Assembly (NCBI RefSeq): GCF_048403405.1
Contig: NZ_CP183131.1
Reading direction: 5' to 3' (one strand)
DNA length: 64,000 bases
Source: Escherichia coli
GTDB lineage: Bacteria; Pseudomonadota; Gammaproteobacteria; Enterobacterales; Enterobacteriaceae
In this document: piece by piece, positions 56,360 to 64,000 of the stretch
How positions within the stretch are numbered: the stretch's first letter is position 1
Layout: each line of letters starts with the position of its first letter
The notes under the pieces: generated by a model
Told to the model about the DNA's origin: nothing
Database searches by the model: none
The model's input: only the letters and a program-made list of their open reading frames with translations
Translations under genes and position numbers: made by a program

Positions 56360-56494
56360 TTTGTTTCTTGGTATCGTTTTATTGTCCCTTGATATTATTT
56401 TATGATGCTGTAATAATCATAAATAAGGGCCGCATCGCTCTTCGACCTTCGTTGCAGCCCTTACAACACAATCAAGCAATTAAGGAGCTTTGTT

Positions 56495-56638
56495 ATGCTG
56501 CAAGGCAATACTAACACGAATAAGCGCATCCCGCTCGCGGCGTTCATGAAATGGCCGCTGGCGAAACGTCAGGACTTCATCGACCGGGAAATGTCCGGTT
56601 GCCCCGACTTTATCAAGACGTCTTTGCTTCGGCATTAA
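56495..56638 (+). CDS. small leader ORF (47 aa)
   Basis: Manual; RBS AAGGAGCTTTGTT; followed by hairpin 56661..56691. Confidence 0.3.
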   Translation: MLQGNTNTNKRIPLAAFMKWPLAKRQDFIDREMSGCPDFIKTSLLRH

Positions 56639-56660
56639 GGCGATCAGGCAGGAAAGCAAA

Positions 56661-56691
56661 GAACCTCGCTTCGGCGGGGTTCTTCGTTTCT
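56661..56691 (+). terminator. terminator/attenuator hairpin between leader ORF and methyltransferase-like gene
   Basis: GAACCTCGC-TTCG-GCGGGGTTC then TTCGTTTCT. Confidence 0.5.
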
Positions 56692-56729
56692 ACCTCTTGA
56701 ATGTTTCGTCAGAACAAACTGGAGCGCTT

Positions 56730-57365
56730 ATGTCACCAGAAACACAGCAACTTACATCCAAGGCTTTATCTCTCATCGAGCAGTCCCGATACAGAATGGG
56801 CACATCTCGGTTTGTTGAGGCCTTTATTGACCAGTGGGCATACTTGCAGACTGGCCTATACCCAGCCAAGGAGGAGATCCCGGAAGAACTTCAGCCGGTC
56901 GCCTTCGAGCTCTCTCACGTCCTGTCTGCCGCCATTAAGCGCGACCCCACCAGCGATGTTTTGGGTTACGTCCTAAGCATGTCTGGCTTCCACAAGAAGG
57001 GCACCAATTACTTCCCCACTCCTCCAGAGATTGGCCGCTTGATGTCACTCATTGTTGGCTCACAGTCTTCGGCAGACTTTTATGAGCCCTGCTGTGGTTC
57101 TGGCATCAACGCCATTCACTGGATGGAAAACCTGATCGAGAACCACGGTCCCGAAGCATTGAGAGAAGCCTCAATCTACCTGGAAGACATCGATCCGTTG
57201 ATGGTGAAGTGCTGCATGATCCAGCTATTCCATTATTTCGAGTCCCGCAATACCACTCCCAAAACGCTGAGTATCGTCGGCATAGACACCCTTAGCAGAC
57301 GAACCAAGAACATCGCCTACTACGCCGAAAAACCTCCAGCAACCGCCGCTACCGTGGCAGCATAA
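56730..57365 (+). CDS. truncated N6-adenine methyltransferase-like protein (SAM-binding half only)
   Basis: YFPTPPEIGRLM (HsdM motif X-like) and FYEPCCGSG (motif I); no NPPF/NPPY before stop; RBS CTGGAGCG; ORF track 56697..57365. Confidence 0.55.
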   Translation: MSPETQQLTSKALSLIEQSRYRMGTSRFVEAFIDQWAYLQTGLYPAKEEIPEELQPVAFELSHVLSAAIKRDPTSDVLGYVLSMSGFHKKGTNYFPTPPEIGRLMSLIVGSQSSADFYEPCCGSGINAIHWMENLIENHGPEALREASIYLEDIDPLMVKCCMIQLFHYFESRNTTPKTLSIVGIDTLSRRTKNIAYYAEKPPATAATVAA

Positions 57366-57390
57366 AAAAACCCGCCGATTGGCGGGTTTT
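57364..57390. terminator. bidirectional intrinsic terminator
   Basis: A7-CCCGCC-GATT-GGCGGG-TTTT. Confidence 0.7.
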
Positions 57391-57417
57391 GCATTCAATG
57401 CGCTGCTCTATGGCACC

Positions 57418-57690
57418 TTACAGTTTTCCGTACCGGTTCAAGAACGAAGACCTGTCTAAGATCCCCCAGTCTGTCAGCATGTAGTAGCCGGTGGCACCTC
57501 GTTCGCCGGTAGACTCCCTGACGAACAAGATATTCATTCCGAACTCATCACGCAGGGCAGACAACTGTCTCTTGATCGTTGATTCAGGAATATTTGTTGC
57601 CTTGTGAAGGTCTTGGAGACTTGGCTTCTCCGTTTTAGACAGGGCATTCACCAAAGCAAATTTTCTTTTCATGTCCTGTGAGATCTTCAT
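57418..57690 (-). CDS. small DNA-binding protein, third gene of partition operon (IncC 053-like position)
   Basis: ORF track 57418..57696; HTH-like LQDLHKATNIPESTIKRQLSALR. Confidence 0.45.
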   Translation of the reverse strand: MKISQDMKRKFALVNALSKTEKPSLQDLHKATNIPESTIKRQLSALRDEFGMNILFVRESTGERGATGYYMLTDWGILDRSSFLNRYGKL

Positions 57691-57738
57691 ATTCACCTGT
57701 TCTTGACAGGCCCAACCTCTCTGGCTGGGCCTCCTTTA

Positions 57739-58920
57739 TTAGCCTTCGACACTCAGGAGTTCAATGTCTGACACAGGCACATGAACATGCTTTTCCTTGC
57801 CTTCGCCATCGAGCGTTTTAACCCAGACAGTAGACGGAACCAGAGCAACACGGTCGGTCATGATGACTCCACGTTTGGTCTCGCCATCCAGGTTAACGTT
57901 GACAGCAAAAATCAAACTGTCAGCCCGGACGTTCTTCCATTCCTTGTCCTTCGGCAGAGGAGGAAGAGCATCACCGCCTTCTTCATCTTTGTCCTTGCCG
58001 CTGTTATCTGGCTGCTTGACAGGATCTTTGTGCTCACCCTCTTCATCACGCAAAGGGTCTTCGTCATCATCGTCCTGACCATTGGAATTTTTACCCCCTT
58101 CCAGTTCCTCCTGGGCAAGGTTCAGGTCGTCATTCCCGGTTTGTTCCGACGTACCATCCCCACCCGAGTTGAGGGATTGCTCGTCGGTGTTGCCAGCGCC
58201 AAGCTCATCATTCTGGTGGGAGCCAGTCAGTGGGCCTTTTTCCATTTCGTCTTTGATACGTTTGGCATCATTCAGCAGCTCACGGCTTTGTTTACGAGTA
58301 ATCCCGTCAGACATAGCCACCGCGCAGACGGCGCGACATCTTTCTTCATTCAGATCGAACAAGAGACGAAGGTTATTCAAGGTCTCTGTATCAGAACATA
58401 CTTCATTATCGTATAACTCACGCACACAGTCAGGTAGCTTGAGCAACGACAGATGCGTAGATACGAAAGTGATATTCTTACCGAGCCGATCAGCAATATC
58501 CTTTTGCTTCCAACCTTCTTCAATAAACAGGTTTAACGCCTCGGCAATCTCTACCGGAGTCAAGTCATCCCGCTGGATGTTTTCGATCAGCTCACCAGCA
58601 GTCTCGTCCAAGTTGTTCTGGACCTTATCATTCACCACCAAGTCAATGGTCTCGATACCAGCGTGTTTACACGCTCTCCAACGCCGCTCCCCTTTTTGGA
58701 TGACGAACTTGCCTTCTTCGTTCTTCGGGAACACGATGATCGGAGACTGCTGCCCTTCGGTCAGCAAGGTTGCCGCCAGCTCTTCAATGTTACGGAAGCG
58801 CTTACGAACCTGGACCTTGGATACAACGTCGTCAACAGGTACGGTAAGAACCTCTTTGCCTTTCTTGCCTTTGGCGGCTTTAGCAAGTTCGGACAGGCCT
58901 TTTAAATTGTTCAATGCCAT
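57739..58920 (-). CDS. parB: partition protein ParB (KorB-like, 393 aa)
   Basis: ParB N-terminal box KGERRWRAC; acidic disordered middle; directly follows parA. Confidence 0.75.
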   Translation of the reverse strand: MALNNLKGLSELAKAAKGKKGKEVLTVPVDDVVSKVQVRKRFRNIEELAATLLTEGQQSPIIVFPKNEEGKFVIQKGERRWRACKHAGIETIDLVVNDKVQNNLDETAGELIENIQRDDLTPVEIAEALNLFIEEGWKQKDIADRLGKNITFVSTHLSLLKLPDCVRELYDNEVCSDTETLNNLRLLFDLNEERCRAVCAVAMSDGITRKQSRELLNDAKRIKDEMEKGPLTGSHQNDELGAGNTDEQSLNSGGDGTSEQTGNDDLNLAQEELEGGKNSNGQDDDDEDPLRDEEGEHKDPVKQPDNSGKDKDEEGGDALPPLPKDKEWKNVRADSLIFAVNVNLDGETKRGVIMTDRVALVPSTVWVKTLDGEGKEKHVHVPVSDIELLSVEG

Positions 58921-58923
58921 CGC

Positions 58924-59709
58924 TTAGCCCACCTTCTCTAATAGTTCTTCCAACACCGCCTCAACTTCTTTGGCCGCGACATGTCCATAGCGAAGCTCCC
59001 AGACAGGGATGCCATCAGTCGTCGCCGTATCGAGCGGAGGCCGGTGCATAATTTTGTTCTCAAACAACAGATCCGGAACTGTGTTCTCCAGCGACTTGAG
59101 GGCTTTGTCGTGATTGACAGAGCGGTCCATGTCGTTGATCACGATGCCCAGGATCTCCAAATCTTGGTTGTACGCCTCGCGCACACCAATAATCGTGTTC
59201 AGGAGACCTTCTACGCCGTCCACAGCGAAGCCAGAGAGCTTTACTGGACATGCCACATGGGTAGACATCACCAACGCTGCCACCAGCTTTCTGCCGAGGC
59301 TAGGCGGACAATCAATCAGCACGTAGTCGTAGTTCTCAAACAGCTCAGCCAAATGGCGAGCCGGATTCATGGCCTGGTCAAGAGGCACAGCCTCCATCTC
59401 AAACAGATCCGGGTCGTTTTTCGGCGTATGAATGAGGTCTGCACCGCAAGGGCAGTGCATGACCTCAATGCCGTCCAGCTCGTAAGCGAACAGCTCTGCG
59501 GTTTTGGTTCCTGTGAGGATGGGCTCGTAGTCACCATCCTCAAGCTCTCGTCTGGGGGCCAGTCGAGAGGACGTGTTCCCCTGACCATCCATATCCAAGA
59601 CCAGCACTTTCTTTTTCTTCTGTAACGCCAGATAAAAGGCCTGCTGGATACAGAGGGTACTCTTACCCACTCCGCCTTTCTGGTTGGCGAAGCTGATTAC
59701 TTTTGCCAT
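58924..59709 (-). CDS. parA: partition ATPase ParA
   Basis: Deviant Walker A KGGVGKST; RBS GAGGTG; ORF track 58924..59715. Confidence 0.85.
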   Translation of the reverse strand: MAKVISFANQKGGVGKSTLCIQQAFYLALQKKKKVLVLDMDGQGNTSSRLAPRRELEDGDYEPILTGTKTAELFAYELDGIEVMHCPCGADLIHTPKNDPDLFEMEAVPLDQAMNPARHLAELFENYDYVLIDCPPSLGRKLVAALVMSTHVACPVKLSGFAVDGVEGLLNTIIGVREAYNQDLEILGIVINDMDRSVNHDKALKSLENTVPDLLFENKIMHRPPLDTATTDGIPVWELRYGHVAAKEVEAVLEELLEKVG

Positions 59710-59757
59710 ACCCACCTCTATTTTGGTTTCTCGCAGGTGATCAAGACCACCCCCAAA

Positions 59758-59773
59758 CTTTCACATGTGAAAG
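59758..59773. promoter_or_regulatory. palindrome CTTTCACATGTGAAAG (parS-like) upstream of parA
   Basis: Read directly. Confidence 0.6.
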
Positions 59774-59782
59774 ATTGTAGCG

Positions 59783-59795
59783 ATCATAAAATGAT
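59783..59795. promoter_or_regulatory. palindrome ATCATAAAATGAT (operator-like) upstream of parA
   Basis: Read directly. Confidence 0.45.
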
Positions 59796-59837
59796 ACTGC
59801 AATATCTAATTATGGTTCTGTTAAAACAAACTTTAAA

Positions 59838-59862
59838 CAAAAAAACGGCCATGAAGGCCGCT
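59838..59862 (-). terminator. intrinsic terminator
   Basis: Minus-sense GCGGCC-TTCAT-GGCCG then TTTTTTTG. Confidence 0.6.
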
Positions 59863-59882
59863 TATTGACAAGGTTTGTGCTG

Positions 59883-60194
59883 TCAGCGCAATTGATTTGC
59901 TGCTCCAAGCCCATTCGCCAATAACTGCATCGCATCGTTGAACAGCGCGGAGCCCCGTTCCGGTGTGAGCAATTCCGGCATATCTTCTCGCGGCCAAGTA
60001 CCGGCTACTTGAATGAGCAAACTGGCAGCCCAGTGGATCTGCTTTTCTTCACTTTCATCGGCCAGAGTGCATACGACGGGGAAACCGTACTTACGCCCCC
60101 AGCGACTCACCTCTTTGAACGATACCAGCTCAGGCTTTTGCAAATCCCGGCTGTAGGCCTCAGCTATCATGTGGTTCAGTTCTTTAGCGTCCAT
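59883..60194 (-). CDS. hypothetical protein (103 aa)
   Basis: ORF track; RBS GAGTGGGA; divergent from sul2. Confidence 0.4.
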   Translation of the reverse strand: MDAKELNHMIAEAYSRDLQKPELVSFKEVSRWGRKYGFPVVCTLADESEEKQIHWAASLLIQVAGTWPREDMPELLTPERGSALFNDAMQLLANGLGAANQLR

Positions 60195-60500
60195 TTATCC
60201 CACTCTATTGTAAACAAGACATTTTTATCTTTTATATTCAATGGCTTATTTTCCTGCTAATTGGTAATACCATGAAAAATACCATGCTCAGAAAAGGCTT
60301 AACAATATTTTGAAAAATTGCCTACTGAGCGCTGCCGCACAGCTCCATAGGCCGCTTTCCTGGCTTTGCTTCCAGATGTATGCTATTCTGCTCCTGCAGC
60401 TAATGGATCACCGCAAACAGGTTACTCGCCTGGGGATTCCCTTTCGACCCGAGCATCCGTATGAGACTCATGCTCGATTATTATTATTATAGAAGCCCCC

Positions 60501-61316
60501 ATGAATAAATCGCTCATCATTTTCGGCATCGTCAACATAACCTCGGACAGTTTCTCCGATGGAGGCCGGTATCTGGCGCCAGACGCAGCCATTGCGCAGG
60601 CGCGTAAGCTGATGGCCGAGGGGGCAGATGTGATCGACCTCGGTCCGGCATCCAGCAATCCCGACGCCGCGCCTGTTTCGTCCGACACAGAAATCGCGCG
60701 TATCGCGCCGGTGCTGGACGCGCTCAAGGCAGATGGCATTCCCGTCTCGCTCGACAGTTATCAACCCGCGACGCAAGCCTATGCCTTGTCGCGTGGTGTG
60801 GCCTATCTCAATGATATTCGCGGTTTTCCAGACGCTGCGTTCTATCCGCAATTGGCGAAATCATCTGCCAAACTCGTCGTTATGCATTCGGTGCAAGACG
60901 GGCAGGCAGATCGGCGCGAGGCACCCGCTGGCGACATCATGGATCACATTGCGGCGTTCTTTGACGCGCGCATCGCGGCGCTGACGGGTGCCGGTATCAA
61001 ACGCAACCGCCTTGTCCTTGATCCCGGCATGGGGTTTTTTCTGGGGGCTGCTCCCGAAACCTCGCTCTCGGTGCTGGCGCGGTTCGATGAATTGCGGCTG
61101 CGCTTCGATTTGCCGGTGCTTCTGTCTGTTTCGCGCAAATCCTTTCTGCGCGCGCTCACAGGCCGTGGTCCGGGGGATGTCGGGGCCGCGACACTCGCTG
61201 CAGAGCTTGCCGCCGCCGCAGGTGGAGCTGACTTCATCCGCACACACGAGCCGCGCCCCTTGCGCGACGGGCTGGCGGTATTGGCGGCGCTGAAAGAAAC
61301 CGCAAGAATTCGTTAA
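60501..61316 (+). CDS. sul2: sulfonamide-resistant dihydropteroate synthase Sul2
   Basis: 271-aa protein recognised as Sul2 from memory of the sequence (MNKSLIIFGIVNITSDSF...). Confidence 0.97.
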   Translation: MNKSLIIFGIVNITSDSFSDGGRYLAPDAAIAQARKLMAEGADVIDLGPASSNPDAAPVSSDTEIARIAPVLDALKADGIPVSLDSYQPATQAYALSRGVAYLNDIRGFPDAAFYPQLAKSSAKLVVMHSVQDGQADRREAPAGDIMDHIAAFFDARIAALTGAGIKRNRLVLDPGMGFFLGAAPETSLSVLARFDELRLRFDLPVLLSVSRKSFLRALTGRGPGDVGAATLAAELAAAAGGADFIRTHEPRPLRDGLAVLAALKETARIR

Positions 61317-61376
61317 CTGCACATTCGGGATATTTCTCTATATTCGCGCTTCATCAGAAAACTGAAGGAACCTCCA

Positions 61377-62180
61377 TTGAATCGAACTAATATTTTTTTT
61401 GGTGAATCGCATTCTGACTGGTTGCCTGTCAGAGGCGGAGAATCTGGTGATTTTGTTTTTCGACGTGGTGACGGGCATGCCTTCGCGAAAATCGCACCTG
61501 CTTCCCGCCGCGGTGAGCTCGCTGGAGAGCGTGACCGCCTCATTTGGCTCAAAGGTCGAGGTGTGGCTTGCCCCGAGGTCATCAACTGGCAGGAGGAACA
61601 GGAGGGTGCATGCTTGGTGATAACGGCAATTCCGGGAGTACCGGCGGCTGATCTGTCTGGAGCGGATTTGCTCAAAGCGTGGCCGTCAATGGGGCAGCAA
61701 CTTGGCGCTGTTCACAGCCTATCGGTTGATCAATGTCCGTTTGAGCGCAGGCTGTCGCGAATGTTCGGACGCGCCGTTGATGTGGTGTCCCGCAATGCCG
61801 TCAATCCCGACTTCTTACCGGACGAGGACAAGAGTACGCCGCAGCTCGATCTTTTGGCTCGTGTCGAACGAGAGCTACCGGTGCGGCTCGACCAAGAGCG
61901 CACCGATATGGTTGTTTGCCATGGTGATCCCTGCATGCCGAACTTCATGGTGGACCCTAAAACTCTTCAATGCACGGGTCTGATCGACCTTGGGCGGCTC
62001 GGAACAGCAGATCGCTATGCCGATTTGGCACTCATGATTGCTAACGCCGAAGAGAACTGGGCAGCGCCAGATGAAGCAGAGCGCGCCTTCGCTGTCCTAT
62101 TCAATGTATTGGGGATCGAAGCCCCCGACCGCGAACGCCTTGCCTTCTATCTGCGATTGGACCCTCTGACTTGGGGTTGA
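61377..62180 (+). CDS. strA: aminoglycoside 3''-phosphotransferase APH(3'')-Ib (StrA)
   Basis: 267 aa recognised as StrA (MNRTNIFFGESHSDWLPV...). Confidence 0.97.
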   Translation: MNRTNIFFGESHSDWLPVRGGESGDFVFRRGDGHAFAKIAPASRRGELAGERDRLIWLKGRGVACPEVINWQEEQEGACLVITAIPGVPAADLSGADLLKAWPSMGQQLGAVHSLSVDQCPFERRLSRMFGRAVDVVSRNAVNPDFLPDEDKSTPQLDLLARVERELPVRLDQERTDMVVCHGDPCMPNFMVDPKTLQCTGLIDLGRLGTADRYADLALMIANAEENWAAPDEAERAFAVLFNVLGIEAPDRERLAFYLRLDPLTWG

Positions 62181-63016
62181 TGTTCATGCCGCCTGTTTTT
62201 CCTGCTCATTGGCACGTTTCGCAACCTGTTCTCATTGCGGACACCTTTTCCAGCCTCGTTTGGAAAGTTTCATTGCCAGACGGGACTCCTGCAATCGTCA
62301 AGGGATTGAAACCTATAGAAGACATTGCTGATGAACTGCGCGGGGCCGACTATCTGGTATGGCGCAATGGGAGGGGAGCAGTCCGGTTGCTCGGTCGTGA
62401 GAACAATCTGATGTTGCTCGAATATGCCGGGGAGCGAATGCTCTCTCACATCGTTGCCGAGCACGGCGACTACCAGGCGACCGAAATTGCAGCGGAACTA
62501 ATGGCGAAGCTGTATGCCGCATCTGAGGAACCCCTGCCTTCTGCCCTTCTCCCGATCCGGGATCGCTTTGCAGCTTTGTTTCAGCGGGCGCGCGATGATC
62601 AAAACGCAGGTTGTCAAACTGACTACGTCCACGCGGCGATTATAGCCGATCAAATGATGAGCAATGCCTCGGAACTGCGTGGGCTACATGGCGATCTGCA
62701 TCATGAAAACATCATGTTCTCCAGTCGCGGCTGGCTGGTGATAGATCCCGTCGGTCTGGTCGGTGAAGTGGGCTTTGGCGCCGCCAATATGTTCTACGAT
62801 CCGGCTGACAGAGACGACCTTTGTCTCGATCCTAGACGCATTGCACAGATGGCGGACGCATTCTCTCGTGCGCTGGACGTCGATCCGCGTCGCCTGCTCG
62901 ACCAGGCGTACGCTTATGGGTGCCTTTCCGCAGCTTGGAACGCGGATGGAGAAGAGGAGCAACGCGATCTAGCTATCGCGGCCGCGATCAAGCAGGTGCG
63001 ACAGACGTCATACTAG
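62180..63016 (+). CDS. strB: aminoglycoside 6-phosphotransferase APH(6)-Id (StrB)
   Basis: 278 aa from ATG at 62180 (MFMPPVFPAHW...); overlaps strA stop by 1 nt. Confidence 0.97.
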   Translation: MFMPPVFPAHWHVSQPVLIADTFSSLVWKVSLPDGTPAIVKGLKPIEDIADELRGADYLVWRNGRGAVRLLGRENNLMLLEYAGERMLSHIVAEHGDYQATEIAAELMAKLYAASEEPLPSALLPIRDRFAALFQRARDDQNAGCQTDYVHAAIIADQMMSNASELRGLHGDLHHENIMFSSRGWLVIDPVGLVGEVGFGAANMFYDPADRDDLCLDPRRIAQMADAFSRALDVDPRRLLDQAYAYGCLSAAWNADGEEEQRDLAIAAAIKQVRQTSY

Positions 63017-63221
63017 ATATCAAGCGACTTCTCCTATCCCCTGGGAACACATCAATCTCACCGGAGAATATCGCTGGCCAAAGCCTTAGCGTAGGATTCC
63101 GCCCCTTCCCGCAAACGACCCCAAACAGGAAACGCAGCTGAAACGGGAAGCTCAACACCCACTGACGCATGGGTTGTTCAGGCAGTACTTCATCAACCAG
63201 CAAGGCGGCACTTTCGGCCAT
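62988..63221 (-). mobile_element. possible IS91/ISCR-family transposase remnant
   Basis: 77-aa minus ORF with ..LVDEVLPEQPMRQWVLSFPFQLR.. recalled as IS91-family-like; bounded by strB and the Tn3 inverted repeat. Confidence 0.25.
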
Positions 63222-63283
63222 CCGCCGCGCCCCACAGCTCGGGCAGAAACCGCGACGCTTACAGCTGAAAGCGACCAGGTGCT

Positions 63284-63321
63284 GGGGTCTGACGCTCAGT
63301 GGAACGAAAACTCACGTTAAG
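63284..63321. repeat. Tn3-family 38-bp terminal inverted repeat (bla-proximal end)
   Basis: GGGGTCTGACGCTCAGTGGAACGAAAACTCACGTTAAG read directly. Confidence 0.85.
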
Positions 63322-63430
63322 GGATTTTGGTCATGAGATTATCAAAAAGGATCTTCACCTAGATCCTTTTAAATTAAAAATGAAGTTTTAAATCAATCTA
63401 AAGTATATATGAGTAAACTTGGTCTGACAG

Positions 63431-64000
<570 letters not shown>

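Noticed and set aside
59883-60194. 103-aa ORF as a repC or glmM fragment, as often found upstream of sul2
   Set aside because: It is divergent from sul2 and I recognise no motif; left as hypothetical

Overview
64-kb segment of a conjugative element of the SXT/R391 - IncA/C (IncC-like) superfamily, read entirely by eye from the sequence and the supplied ORF track; almost all genes are on the minus strand. Layout: (1) 1-16 kb accessory array: orphan DNA methyltransferases (C5 and N6/N4 type), many small acidic or hypothetical genes, and a CobS-like AAA+ ATPase and CobT-like vWA protein bracketing ssb-bet-exo, punctuated by a conserved ~120-bp upstream module and GC-hairpin intergenic elements. 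(2) 16-46 kb F-type (MPF_F) mating-pair genes traN-traU-[EAL gene]-traW-trhF-trbI-like-traC-dsbC-[giant 1843-aa secreted protein]-traA-traV-traB-traK-traE-traL, several membrane proteins, coupling protein traD and HD-domain (MOBH-type) relaxase traI. (3) 46-49.8 kb lipoprotein / topoisomerase III module on the plus strand. (4) 49.8-56.2 kb leftward 13-gene operon of DNA-modification and nucleic-acid-binding-like genes. (5) 56.2-59.9 kb regulatory hub and parA-parB-small HTH partition operon. (6) 60.5-64 kb resistance island sul2-strA-strB, then a Tn3-family inverted repeat and the 3' part of blaTEM running off the window. Dispersed motifs: six GCCCATTTTGGGCA-type boxes (probable FlhDC-family SetCD/AcaCD activator sites), five copies of a parS-like palindrome CTTTCACATGTGAAAG, and many intrinsic terminators. 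No rRNA, tRNA or CRISPR array was recognised. Starts were refined by RBS inspection where stated; no database search was possible, so all family assignments rest on motifs I could read. Best candidates for an undescribed system: the AAA+/vWA-bracketed ssb-bet-exo module whose proteins share acidic-aromatic C-terminal tails, the repeated 121-bp upstream module, and the 49.8-56.2 kb operon.
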